DNA of 64,000 nt, from positions 2,226,999 to 2,290,998 of the forward strand of contig CM082596.2 in the NCBI GenBank assembly GCA_040954595.2, written 5' to 3'. Each line of letters opens with the position of its first letter. Positions within the stretch are counted from its first letter, which is position 1. The notes beneath the pieces are model-generated. The model did no database searches. It was not told where the DNA came from and saw only the letters and a program-made list of their open reading frames with translations. The position numbers and the translations under genes are program-made. This document shows, piece after piece, positions 50,301 through 61,868 of the stretch. This DNA is from Balanoglossus misakiensis (Eukaryota > Animalia > Hemichordata).

Positions 50301-53300
50301 TAAGTCACAATGTCATTGGTCTCCACGAACAGGGCATCCAAAAACAAGCTGTTATTCTGGACTAACAAGTAACATACAACTGATGATTTTCTGCATACTA
50401 TGAGATCTTGCAAGACTTGGTTGATTACTGTAGCAACGGGTTGCTTGTCAAGATGTCTATAAAATGTTTTGTAAAGGTTGCATCATGGGAATAGTGCTCC
50501 TTGATGCAGTAACCTATGATACACTTATTCCATATACTTCATCTTAGAGTCTCCATTTTGTTGATAAAAATATGGCTGACGCTAAATTTCTCACACCAAA
50601 TGAGATGCTGTTATCTGAATCTACAGACAACAGAAGCTACATGTTTGCCAATTCCACAGGAGTAATTGGACAGCGCTTTCCAACTGCGTAGTTGAACGCA
50701 AGGGTCAAAGGTATCGGGCCTAGCTCCCAGGGAGATAGGACATTCCTGTGTCTAAATTTCACCCACTTAAAACCAGCAGGACAGCCGGCCAACCCACTGG
50801 CGTAATCTTTCTCATTATGAAACAGTGCAAATATAGCCCTATCACCACCAAGCACTGGCCCCTTTCCTGCAGTTCTCGTCAACCTTTTCCACACTCCACT
50901 GCTGGGAGTTGGCCATCACCTAGCCTAGTACCTCGGCATATTTAATGCGTATTTTGTCCGCTTTGCTTCCAAAACTAACGCAAAGTGGACAAAATACGCC
51001 GAGGTACTAGGCTAGCCATCGCCTAGTTGAATGTTACTTCTTTTCAAGATGGACGCAATTTTGGTGCACACGTGAAGATCTGCTTCATGTTTATAAGATG
51101 AGACATCACTGACCAAGCTCTGCAAACTTTCACAATTCGGACAACAGCTAGGTCATGGTAAATTTATGTCTGGGTACCACCAGGAAGATGAAGTCTTTGA
51201 AAAGCAATAGTTACTAGTATAGGCCTTTGACATTCATATTCAGGCTAGTCTAGTATCTGGCACTCTTTGAAAGAGACCGACAATTAGAGTACATGTGTAT
51301 TTAAAGTGGGTACAGTCTTTGATGTTAAACAGTTACGGGACGTATTTCCTGAGGATGATACACAGACTAAGGACACAATACATTCATGAACACTGTTACA
51401 TGTATTGTGTGAAGTTCTATTGGTTCATTGCCCGGAACCTCAACCAGGATGGAAGAAGGACAAACGAAACAGCAGTGTCTACTTCCCCCACCCTCCCACC
51501 CCCTCCGATGCAATCGCCACAAACTGTTGTTATGCAACATATGGGAACATACGGTATTACCCCAGTACATGTAATGGCTGAAGTCTTAGAAAATAAACTT
51601 TCAGCAGGGCCAAGAAAGGGACTATATAGACACCAGGATACACTGTATAGGTCCTTAGGGGATTCAGCTGCAGACAGCACTACCAAGACTTTTAGTGAAT
51701 TCTGTCTTTCTGGCCCAATAGCTACCACCTGAAAAAGCAGGAAAACTAAACCAGCAGTACTCCCTGCCAAGTTGAAAACAAAGAAGATACCATCATCTAA
51801 AATATCTCCGAATAGCATGAACTTGACCTCCCCCACTGTGAACCTTATTCCAAAAATACACATCCCCCTTAAAAATAAATATTTCTTTAACAAACAAATA
51901 CAGGCAGGATAAATAACTCCAGAACAGGATTCAAATTGGAATCCTATTATCTTTAAGGGGATTGTATATTACCCTCCCTCATCATGAAATCAATATGTTG
52001 GATTCTGTAAAACCCTCCTGACTTTCCAACGAGGAAAAAGATGCAGGGAATGTGTACAACGAATAACCACACATGGATGATGAAATCACTTTATACACTG
52101 GATTTAAGGTAAAAAGTACATGTACGCAATGTATTGCTAACTATAAATACAACAGGTTTGTACATTTGTTCCTAAAAATACCATGTTAGTTGCAAACATT
52201 AATTGACTTGGCAGCAAATGTCATATACAGGCTAAATCAACAAATCGCACAGCAAGATGTCTGGAAACCACTTCATTACATCACCAGTGAAACTGATAGC
52301 TGATCATAAGAGAGAGCTCAGAACATATGTACGTGAGAAGACAGGTACATGTAATGTAAAAAGGTAAAACCTCATCGAAATTAAAATATCCAAATGACAA
52401 TTTTCTGTGCTAGCCAAAGGTTGCTGGCACAGGGTCTATGGTCAAATCTAGGAACAAATCTAATGTATGTTCAAAGTCATCCCCTGTGTACTGGAGCAGC
52501 TAACAAGGCTAGGATGCAGACCCAAATGCCCTGTTGGCCTTCTCCCACGGTGACAATTATCAGTACCGCTGGGAACGAAGTTCTACCAGTTGCACCAACA
52601 TATGTGGCAGAAACCTCTAGTAGTACAGAAGGCCACTGGTTCAGAAACAAGCTGCATTACTTGTTATGTAGAGCTACGTTATATATGTCTCCATCTTACA
52701 AAGCGTCAAACTCAAGCCAGATGCCGGTTCAAGTCACTTTAATGAGAATTTCACCCCAAAGGTGGGGGAAGACCAAGCATGATGGCTTTTATAAGTGGGA
52801 GCCTGCCACAGATTCCATCACCAGACCCTGAGAGAACCGTCACAGAACACACAGACCCTTTTGTCTTTTGCTCATACTTGTACTCCAGAGAGGCATTTCT
52901 GGCCGGAATAAATGGCATCGCTCAGACATTCAATCTGAACTCTGACACTTCACTCATCAGTCAGTAGTCAACCTTTCCGATGATACATTTTCGACCCAGT
53001 GAAAGGTCGCCTGGCCGACTTCCTGTGGCAACTCAGGGTCCAGACAACATAACCAGGGCTATTTTAGTTGCAGTGTTAAATTTAACACCTAGATATCAAT
53101 TCTATTGCCCATGAGAAAAGTATGACTAGAGATTGTGGTACTAATATACCTTCTGGTTCTACCATACTTCAAACTTCAACGTTTCAAGAGATGAAAACAC
53201 ACACACATTTGTAAAACTGACATGACAACTGAGATATGAACTTTCCTACTTTCCATGACACAACAATTAATGGCTGCCGAGAAGTGATGGATGGTCGGGA

Positions 53301-55529
53301 TACTCCGAATACAGATTGGCAATAGGGTGAAAGTCGGCAACTTTGAGGTGAATTCAATCTGTGATTTATTTCATGGGAATGCTTTCTGCCTGTCTCAGTT
53401 AGTTGCAGACGCACACTGATTTCTCAGTCAGGCTGCGTGACAACCTTCCCAGCCATTTACACCAAACAAAGCCAACCAATAAAACCATTTTGGTTTGATT
53501 ATATCCCTGATTGGCTGACAATCCTAAAACTGATCTAATCTCCGTTCTCCTGTTACACACTCTGCTACTGACAGACCATTTCAGTTCTAAAACCTGCATA
53601 GCGTGTCCACCTTTGTTGGCTTAAACGCCTTGGCTTTTGACCGTGCACTTTCTGCAAGTTATTGTGTGTAGCACCCTTTGTGTGTTTTTGGTTTATAAAC
53701 AGTGAATTGAATGATGACACGCCTCAATAGTCAGACTGATCAATTAAAGTGGACTGAAAAGCATAACCAAGGTTAAGGCTGAAAGATCTTCAGTAAAACA
53801 GGTACTACAGACAATATACTTCAGGGGTGTGGCTTATATTTATTTATAGTATGGTATCCTACTATCTGGCGGAAAAGATTTGCATGCTGCAATTCACCAT
53901 ATCCCCATTAATAAGAAGTGTCATGATGATTTATTTACTTAAAAACAGTATGGGTTCTATTTTAATTACTACCCCAAACCTGTAGATTATATTTATCATG
54001 GACATGGATGTATAAGACAGCTCTCTCTTGTACATCAACCATGTACATATATTTTTAAAAGTATGGCTTGATTTCCACCCACCCCAGCCAACTGCATATG
54101 TCTGTTTGTTTACTTTCAATCAGTAATGGTTTCTCATTCAATTGCCTAAAAAATTGTAAATCGGTGTGAGGATCAATTTCCAGGCCCCCTCGATTTGCCA
54201 ATCCTCACACGTTTCATTACGCATGTATGCAATTTTATCTGTTGGTGATAACCCAGCTTACGATAAAGGATTGACCCCTACCCAGCAATGTAAATAACCT
54301 CCTCGATCTGTTTGAACAGTTCGATCATATAGCTGATGAAAAGCTAAACAAACTAGATACAAGATGGTTGTACCAGGAGGGGTTGTATGAAGATGGAGCG
54401 CCCTGTGAAACAGGTTTACGGAGATATGCAGGGCCGGGCTGCATTTGCCGGCAAATAATGACATTTTAGGTCGTTCTTTAACAATAGGATTAAACCGGAG
54501 TGTCCCTAACTTTTCGATTTCATCACCCTTACCCGGCGCGACTGCCCTTGAACTAAGAGCTCTTAGAGAAAAAAGGAAACGGGGGATAATAGAACCGGCG
54601 AAATTAATTTGTAGGAAACTTTATGTTTACATTGTACCAGCTGGGCAGGGCTCAATCACCTCTAATTTACATATATACCCAAATATGGTAAATGGGCGTG
54701 TCTGAGAAAGAAATGAAACCTGCGTTCTGAAAAGGTCATTCCAGCGGAACAGAAATCACAAAAGATCAAAGTGGACATTGTCTAGACCGTGGTATATGAG
54801 TCGATGAGCCAGTAAACTTTGTGAAAGAACAAATGAAAGAAATCTGCCGCCCCATGCGCATATACTCAGTACATAACAGTCCGTCGAGGGACTATGATAC
54901 ATGAATGTAAAAACTATTTCATGGAGGCTTAATTAATACTTCCAAGTTCCATTGATTCAATACAATGGCAGTTCACACCTCTTACCTACCAACGCTATTT
55001 CTCTCGGATGCAGTATAAGCGTACTGGTGTCTGAGTTACACTCCTTTCAGTTGGAATCTTATTGTATAAAATTAACGCTTAAGAGAATTATTTCGTTCCA
55101 GATTTGTACGGTTAAGGTAAAAAGACGGATAAACCACACACCACATGTTTCACCTGTGTTATCTTCGCATGCACGGATGGGGTCATGACATTCGGGTTCA
55201 GACGAATGTCAGCGATGACAACCCATTGACTCAGTACGTCCACTAGTCGGACCGAGACTTATTATTTAAGTCAAATGTCCAAGGTTTCGATGGCATTTAT
55301 CTGACGAGACAAATTTTATGGGTATTAAACAATAAATGCCGGAACTGACCTGAAGGCTTGCAGACGACACTGGCAAAAATATACACCACCACTGTAAGCA
55401 GCGCAGTCGGACTAGAAAGAATACCCCTGCAAAATGAGGACAGAAATATCAAAGTTGGTCACTATTTCACTGATTTCGCAACGACGTGAAAGAATTTTGA
55501 AATAAAGGTAAATCTTACCTGCCGGCCAT
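10316..55529 (-). CDS. COL18A1: Multiplexin collagen (collagen XV/XVIII family), about 1507 aa, 43 coding exons: signal peptide, TSPN/LamG, interrupted Gly-X-Y, trimerization domain, hinge, endostatin
   Basis: Exons on the minus strand: 55519-55529, 55350-55426, 29536-30089, 29226-29312, 28187-28303, 26392-26445, 25361-25502, 25002-25052, 23453-23595, 23014-23118, 22777-22803, 22441-22503, 22195-22308, 21581-21898, 21003-21074, 20469-20513, 20172-20306, 20002-20058, 19705-19794, 19387-19422, 19000-19035, 18815-18868, 18568-18702, 18307-18339, 18058-18147, 17810-17881, 17551-17676, 17233-17304, 17060-17104, 16882-16902, 16483-16584, 15619-15642, 14260-14386, 13840-14018, 13468-13554, 13154-13298, 12858-12961, 12475-12603, 12241-12279, 11616-11681, 11092-11304, 10655-10767, 10316-10529. 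They sum to 4524 nt and every phase is consistent. The gene is probably co-orthologous to vertebrate COL15A1 and COL18A1. Confidence 0.93.
12475..12603 (-). CDS. Collagen XV/XVIII NC1 trimerization domain exon
   Basis: [43 protein letters not shown] contains the characteristic ELYVRVxxGW. Confidence 0.92.
18224..18237. repeat. G14 homopolymer (intronic)
   Basis: Run of 14 G. Confidence 0.9.
29226..30089 (-). CDS. TSPN/laminin-G N-terminal domain exons of the multiplexin
   Basis: [16 protein letters not shown]...[13 protein letters not shown]...GGPLFAVTD...ASFIVP...WIRFSISV...VALYLECD...[19 protein letters not shown] matches the collagen XV/XVIII TSPN pattern. Confidence 0.93.
31072..31128. 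mobile_element. Degenerate partial copy of the palindromic MITE-like element
   Basis: tagtctagtatc...ttttccactttgc...gttagtttagga aligns by eye with the reverse complement of 50920-51015. Confidence 0.5.
35792..35833. repeat. (TGGA)/(TGGT)/(TGAG) microsatellite
   Basis: tggatggttggttggttggttggttggatgggtgagtgagt. Confidence 0.8.
38150..38223. mobile_element. Degenerate copy of the palindromic MITE-like element
   Basis: ctagtctagtatctagcc...ttgtccg...ttgcttccaaagcaaagtggacaaaa...gatacta shares its core and ends with 50920-51015. Confidence 0.65.
43231..43294. repeat. Degenerate tandem duplication of about 31-34 bp
   Basis: caaggt...cgcatcact(g/t)cc(t/c)gaacaaac occurs twice. Confidence 0.7.
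47236..47293. repeat. 32-bp period tandem duplication
   Basis: acaagcgcca..tttggaatcacaac at 47236 and 47268. Confidence 0.85.
50920..51015. mobile_element. Palindromic MITE-like non-autonomous DNA element of about 96 bp
   Basis: The left arm ctagcctagtacctcggc...gtattttgtccgctttgc pairs with the right arm gcaaagtggacaaaatacgccgaggtactaggctag (about 36-bp TIR with an 11-nt bulge). It is flanked by the near-direct repeat ccatcac/ccatcgc. Confidence 0.75.
55350..55529 (-). CDS. Multiplexin exons 1-2: 11-nt start exon and signal-peptide exon
   Basis: gcaccATGG Kozak context, ATG GCC GGC AG|gtaag, then G GGT ATT...CCT TCA G|gtcagt. This gives [30 protein letters not shown], in phase with the TSPN exon 25 kb away. 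Confidence 0.88.
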
Positions 55530-56000
55530 GGTGCATTATGCACTTAATAAAACCAAAAACTCAAGTTTAAAATCCTCCTGACCCCTTCAGGCACCGCTAA
55601 AGTCTCCGCTACTGCTATCCCTTCGGATCTCCTCAGACACTGAACACAGTAAAACCGCAACAAACTTGTCGACTTGGGCGATACCACTTCACCGCAGGGA
55701 AGGCGTACGTGATTGCTCGCTAACTAGAACAGTGACATCCCACTTCCTCTCAATCAAAACGCCAGACGACATTCCTTTTTTGCAAATTATCCGAAACTAT
55801 ACACCTATCAGCCTTAACCTTCAGTATTTCATGGGTATCTGATTGGTTTCTCATTCAGTGTAAGCTATCAATGCACTCCAGCCCAACCCAAGGATAGAAC
55901 TTGGTATCGCGGAGAAAAGCGATACAACCAGGCGGCTATCAACTCTCTTGAAACCGGCTCCTGATAAAAGCAGAGCCGCGTTGTGATTAGACAAAAGTAA
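55530..56000 (-). promoter_or_regulatory. 5' UTR and probable TATA-less promoter of the multiplexin gene
   Basis: Locally CpG-richer. It contains a CCAAT box (plus-strand attgg at 55842-55846), an ETS core (cacttcc 55741-55747) and several GATA cores. The TSS cannot be determined. Confidence 0.4.
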
Positions 56001-58540
56001 ACAATACCACCAAAATCAGGAAAGGGGGCAGACCGGGTAGGAAATCAGGCGTGCATTTCTGAACATCCTTTCAAGTCGAGACACTCGAGAGAGAAAAAGA
56101 AACGACTGTTCTTGGAGCGCGCGAGGGCGTTTTCACTAAATGTAAAAAGCTTCAACAAGTAAAACATTTCCGGCGACGGCCAAGTATATCGTTCATGTAG
56201 AATTAAATTTATAGTACAAGTGCTAAAAAACCGCAAACACCCTTTAAAACGACAATCAAATTTTAAAGCCAAATTGTGGACCATTTTGTGACATTAGATA
56301 CTGAGTATTTTAACAGTCCAACGTTTGTTCGCTTCCCCTTCCGTCCAAAAAGCCGAACATCGAAAAATAGGAAACATCTGCTGAAAGTGGGAAAATATTT
56401 ACATACAATAAAAAGGAAGATAATTTATCATGAAATGTTGTCACATCACGTGAAGATAGCTTTAGGAAGATCGTTTAACTGAACTTTGCAACGCTGTTAT
56501 AATCTAGCGTTGATCTTCTATGAACGATGGAGGGCGCACGTCGTAAAAACACCGTCTCGCCGAACACACAGTCCATCTCAAAGACGTAGATCAGGAGCCC
56601 CAAAACGAATTTTTTCACGAATCAACTTCAAAGTTTGGTATTTTAATTTTGAAATATTAATTGAAATTGGTCCTTGCTTTATCTCTTGTTATTGAATATA
56701 TCGAGGGATCATATTTCGACCATTTCCAATGCGAACTTTCAACAAAAGTTCTGACGGTAATCTAATTGCTCGGACGGAATTTCGTCATAACTAAAGCACA
56801 AGAAACTTCAGTTAAGGCCTATGTCTCCTACATCTGTGTACGTGACAGTTATCCCTGACTTCAAAACACCAATAGAAAGTTAATCTTTCTACTACCGAAG
56901 TTCCTTGAATAGGTACAAAAGAAATATGACCGTCAAATCCGCTGTGACGCACTGTGTAGGTTTGAATTGCATTCCACGAACACTTCTTTCATGGTAACAT
57001 GAAAACGAAGTAAGCAGACGACGATACCGCCTGGTTTCCCAAGAAATGCAGGACGTCAGTACCGCAGTTCGCTGGAATAGCCCCGAGTCCTGGAAAATAT
57101 GCGCACAAACGTCGGCGTTCGGATCGTCTTACCAATGTTATCTAACACACCATTCTTGAGACCCTCTCTCTTTCAGGCTTCGTTTGCTGTATTCCTTCTA
57201 AACCCTCCCAATTATTTTCTTTCGTTCAACATCGGATTATGAAAATGGCTGACGCGACTGGGAGTCTATATTAAATAATTTTATCTTTATAAGTGCAAAT
57301 GAAATGCTATCATTCACACTTAGCATTACTTCTTAAAATATAGTACAGAATATGCTGCTCTGTGTACACAATCACATTGTAAATAGTTACTGCGCAATTT
57401 TGTTCGCCATCAATCATTATGATGACTATATATGGCACGAGAAAGCCTTGATAAATTTTACCCAGGTGCCTCTACATCATCAGCGTCTTGCTGTGTGGAC
57501 TTATCAGTATACATCAGCTGCAGTGATCACCCTTTCAGGATATTAAAACAGGACTATACTTTCCGAAAATTCAAACTGTTTCGCTTGATGTCTTGTGGTC
57601 GGTTTGTTCCTGTCAAAACGATACTGAAAATCCACAGTTTTTGTTTGTTCAAACAACGGATCTTTATTGCACTTTAAACTGTACGCAAATATTTCTGTAA
57701 AGCCATAAAAAGTTCACACATAGGTCATCTGATCTCTTGCCGGCTTCTTGAAGTCGCAAGGGTTTCGATATGGTGACGCGGTCGCAGAATCTCGCCCAGC
57801 GAGCATCTGTCGGCAATCAGCAAAATTCGAAAAAATGCATGAAAATAAAAAATATCTAAAACTGTAGACACAATAATTACAAACTCCAACAGCACATGTA
57901 CAAAAATAAAACAGTGTCTAATAAAAGGTACATGACAGATTAAAAGACAAGTGTTTACAACAGGTCTTTAAATCACATATTGCCATAAATTTCTTCTTTT
58001 ATTAAAGCTCGAAACAGGTATATTTGGTCACGTAAGTACTTTATGTGCAAGACAAACACATTAATCTCATGCACTGATATAGAATGATGACCTTTGCATT
58101 ACCACATAGTTTTGTGAGCGAAATGCTCACTTTATATTAATCTCCTATTCAGAGTATGACTTCAGGGCGCCGTGAGATTTTATCGTCGTGCATATGTCCT
58201 TTGTCTCTCTTCTCATCTCTCTCTCTTCTCTCCTCACTCTCCCCCCCCCCCCCCGCATTCTGTCATCTCTCTCTCTCTGACAATGTGAATTACACGCATG
58301 ACGAGGAGATTAGAAACCGCTGTATACAAATAAGAACTGCCACAGTACAAGTAAATGACATTAAAATCTGCCTGTATATTAGAAGGACGTGCACTGACAG
58401 TCCTACTACGTCAGCGATAAGATATTGGCCGCGTAGGTATCAGAGCTTGACGTCGGTGACCACATCACTTAGAGCTTGACGTGACAACGCTCACGTCGCG
58501 TTATAAACATGAACTGAGTCTTCATGGCAGTCGAAAAAAG

Positions 58541-60386
58541 CTAAAACACGTAGCCAGAACTTGTGCTGATGGCAGAACCCGGACTTCCACAACTGCTGCT
58601 GAATTCGAGATCCGAGCATCCATCAGAAATGTCCGAGTACCCAGAGCAGCTACCGAATTCAGACAAATCACTGTAGCCTTTATTTTCGACTTGGAAGCCA
58701 GATATAGTGTTCACGCCACTTCCTACGTAAAAGTTCTCCCCGTCGTAAAGCCCGTGTATCGTCGGGTGAAAGTCTTTGTGTACCGTAAACTGGCTGCCAA
58801 ACTCGGGACTGCTGAAGAATTTGCCGTCGTCTGACTTGCCACCTCCGCCGCCGCTACTGCTGTATTGCCGATAGGTTTTCGACGGCACCATGCGAACGCC
58901 TAGCGTGTGTTGCTGTTTTTGTTGAGAACTCATCTGTCTCGATAGGCAGACAGTCTCGTAGCCCTGTCGTAGAACTTCCAACCAATCTCTATTTAGAGGA
59001 AAGAAAAAAATATGTATGAGAAAAAGATTTTTTTGGTCATTTGTCGAACTTTTGATTTGTGTATACGCGCGCGCCTTTGCAATACGCGTGATTACTGTTG
59101 ACAGGCGCGTTTCACCATGTCACCAAAGTTAAGATATGAAAATAAAACATAAATCAGTTTTATCACCACACACAATAATAATTGTTATCGGTGTTTCGGT
59201 TACCCTGGGCCAGGAAAATGACGTGCAACGGGAGATCAAGAGGTTATTTGCGCGTCTCGCGTCTACTTGGCAGGGGTTCCTGGATGCCGCAGTGTCGTTT
59301 AGACGCCGGGGTTATTGAATTTTCGCAACGCTTGAAAATTAACAAGTCTCGTTTGAGAGGTGTACTTGGCAGTTGCTACCAACGAAATAACGTGGCGGTG
59401 TTTGTCAACATTGGGTTGGAATGTTTACCTTCCTTGGCGTTTTAAATGAACAAGTGTTTGCGGACATGTAGGTTTAAATGGAGGCATCAATTACCCCTAG
59501 GGTCAATGACTAACCTTTATAGTTCGACCGTGACATCGCTCCTCGCACGTCGGTGCTTAGTCACAAGTCGGGGATTTAAATCACTGAACACAAAGGTTGT
59601 TTTTATACTTTTATCGTTTTTTTTTTTCATTAGTAAAATCGTCAAAACTTAGCCATTTTGAACACTTGCAGATTGAAGTAACGTGCATAATGTTTGTTTC
59701 ATTGAAATGGACCCTGGATAAACATGAAAAATTGCATTTCAAAGTTAATAACTTACGTGAGTTCGTGTGTGCTATCGGCCATAATGTAATGTCGTTTACC
59801 ATCCGACCCCGTCACCGCAAACACATGACCATTGCATTCGAGTGGGTTGAAATGTTTCAGAGATCTGGTCATTTCCTCTTTGCATCGTGTACCAACTTTA
59901 AGGGTCGATAGTTTGAGGTAAAAGGACATTTTCTTGGAGTCTTCTGGCGTCGCACTGAACTTCATTCGGACGCCTTTGCAAGTGTCGCACGTCAGAACAA
60001 CGTACCAATACTTCCATTTTTTAATTGGAAATCCACCTGAAGAAGGGAAATAAAACAAAGGTGCGTTATGCAGGGGTATATATGTTACACATTAGTGTTG
60101 GAGACTCAAGGTGTGCGTGGGGTGAGAGTTTCGAATGGCAGATGCGTTAAGTCATTGAAATCACACAGGTCAGCCCGAAGAAACAATACTCAAAGTCCGG
60201 TTTGGGGCTGTTCTTGAGCATTTGCGAACGGTAAACAACACCACTCTGCGGTTGGAAACTTGCCAAAGTACAAGAGTACAATTAAAGTTGCCTGGGCCAA
60301 AAGCGTTAATTGCCAAGTAAAAAAAATCACTTACCATAACGCCAGAGATAGCCGTCTTTAAGAACAGATTTCGATTTCGAAGACAT
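58541..60386 (-). CDS. PH-domain protein (PLEKHB/evectin-like PH) with Ser/Gly/Tyr-rich tail, 259 aa. Exons 60335-60386, 59757-60036, 58541-58988
   Basis: Spliced MSSKSKSVLKDGYLWRYGGFPIKKWKYWYVVL...LKVGTRCKE...FAVTGSDGKRHYIMADSTHELTDWLEVLRQ shows PH beta1 (KxGYL), beta2 (KKWK..YVVL) and the C-terminal helix Trp. GT-AG junctions are in phase (780 nt). Candidate polyA signal at 57998-58003. Confidence 0.85.
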
Positions 60387-60589
60387 CTTCTCCCGGTAAA
60401 TTATAAGTGCAATCGCAGCTTGTAGTATTGTCCTGCTAGCTCATTCAAAGAGTGAACTGTTTGTACCGCCTTCTCGTTCACGCGTCACTGTCCAGAATGA
60501 ATGTCAACAAACATCCAGCGTCTGTTCGCGTGCCACCAACTACTGAGCGCTGTTCCCGTCTAAACCAGAACAGGCGTTTAAAAACCCTG

Positions 60590-60650
60590 GTCACGTGGTC
60601 CATATAATAAGTTACTGCAGGTCGTGGGACGCCAGCGGAAGTGACGCTTG
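60590..60650 (-). promoter_or_regulatory. Proximal promoter motifs of the PH gene
   Basis: E-box gtCACGTGg (60592-60597), AT-rich TATA-like 60602-60610 and ETS-CRE composite GCGGAAGTGACG (60635-60646), 200-260 nt upstream of the ATG. Confidence 0.45.
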
Positions 60651-61823
60651 CAGATATAACTGCATACACATGCTTGAAAGTTTCTCGTTTACATCTCAAG
60701 AGCATAGAAACCGAAATATTTTGAGGAATTTGACGTTATGAAACAATCACACATAAAATGCAATCGCTATAAATTAATGCGATCGTGAAATTTAAAACGT
60801 CGAGTTTCTTAACATATTGCGCACTTCTAGCTTCGCGGAAAATGCTTGTTGTACAACCACGCGCACATATAAGGTTCGCTGTGGTACCCAGTGGCGAGAG
60901 CAGTGACCTGTATTATTTTGCATGCTGTGAATGCACAAAGGTCACAGATTGCGTCAAACGATAATCTTTTACACCTGTTAAAGTGTACGGCGAGTTTACG
61001 TTAGGTCAAACCGACTAGAATATAACACGGTACGGGCCAGGCTAATTAATGCCAAGTTAAAATTTCATAGGAATGGTCAAGAAAAAAAAGAGAAGTCCAA
61101 GATAAAGTTCAAGAACGCGCCCAAAAATACAGATCGGCAAAATGATTTAATTCCTTGACCACCCGTGTGTTAACTAACTGGGTCTGCAAGAAACGATCCC
61201 TGACGTGCCCGAAATGAAGTTAAACCACCGGATATGTTAATTATAAGGTCATAACCTAATAATGGCATTTGTGGTTACATCTGATATCAGATGGCCATCT
61301 CAGACCGGTACTGGCTTGCCCATCATAGCTCCGGGATCCCTGTCATTGTCCTCTCCGGCAAATTTTAATTTCAAGTAAATGCCCAGCTGGACGAAGACCT
61401 GTAAAATTGTTTCCTTTGTTTAGTTTCTGGACATAAGTTAGATGATACCCTTTTTATCAAGAATTGTCTTAGTTTTATGATACTAAATCCCCCATATCGC
61501 ATGGACTTTGGTTATATTCAGAAAATGGACAGTGGAATGGCTTCTAGGAAACATGACACAGCAAGCGAAGTCATAGGATTCTTCTGAAGTTTCATAAGTC
61601 TTTCTAAGGTTACACTGCAGCCTGAAGACAAACATATACTGAAGTCCCAAGATGCAATGAATATTCTGTTCAGAAAATAAACACTGGCGGGGATCTGAAA
61701 ATAACGCGTTTGCCGCAAGCTGGGATTCGGAAAACCACAAAATAAATATCATGGTCTGTTATGAAGCTGTGTAAATAAAAAGAGCGAGAGTCATGACGAG
61801 TAACAAGGTTCGGTAGATGGGCC

Positions 61824-61826
<3 letters not shown>

Positions 61827-61866
<40 letters not shown>
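61827..61866. repeat. (GA)20 microsatellite
   Basis: Perfect dinucleotide run. Confidence 0.95.

Positions 61867-61868
<2 letters not shown>

Noticed and set aside
51295-51893. Overlapping 145-aa (+) and 158-aa (-) ORFs
   Set aside because: Non-ATG starts and no domain similarity. The acceptor near 51729 gives an immediate stop in the phase required after collagen exon 1, and the true signal exon is at 55350-55426.
53073-54210. Isolated palindromes GTGTTAAATTTAACAC (53073-53088) and GTGTGAGGAT...ATCCTCACAC (54164-54210)
   Set aside because: Single short occurrences with no TSD or second copy in the window. They could be chance or very old element remnants.
30090-55349. Frizzled (CRD) exon of a long collagen XVIII isoform, or a nested protein-coding gene in intron 2
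   Set aside because: No ORF with the 10-Cys frizzled pattern or any recognisable domain. Short split exons cannot be fully excluded without RNA data.
58481-58834. Plus-strand 117-aa ORF
   Set aside because: Antisense to exon 3 of the PH-domain gene, with a GTG start and no splice support.
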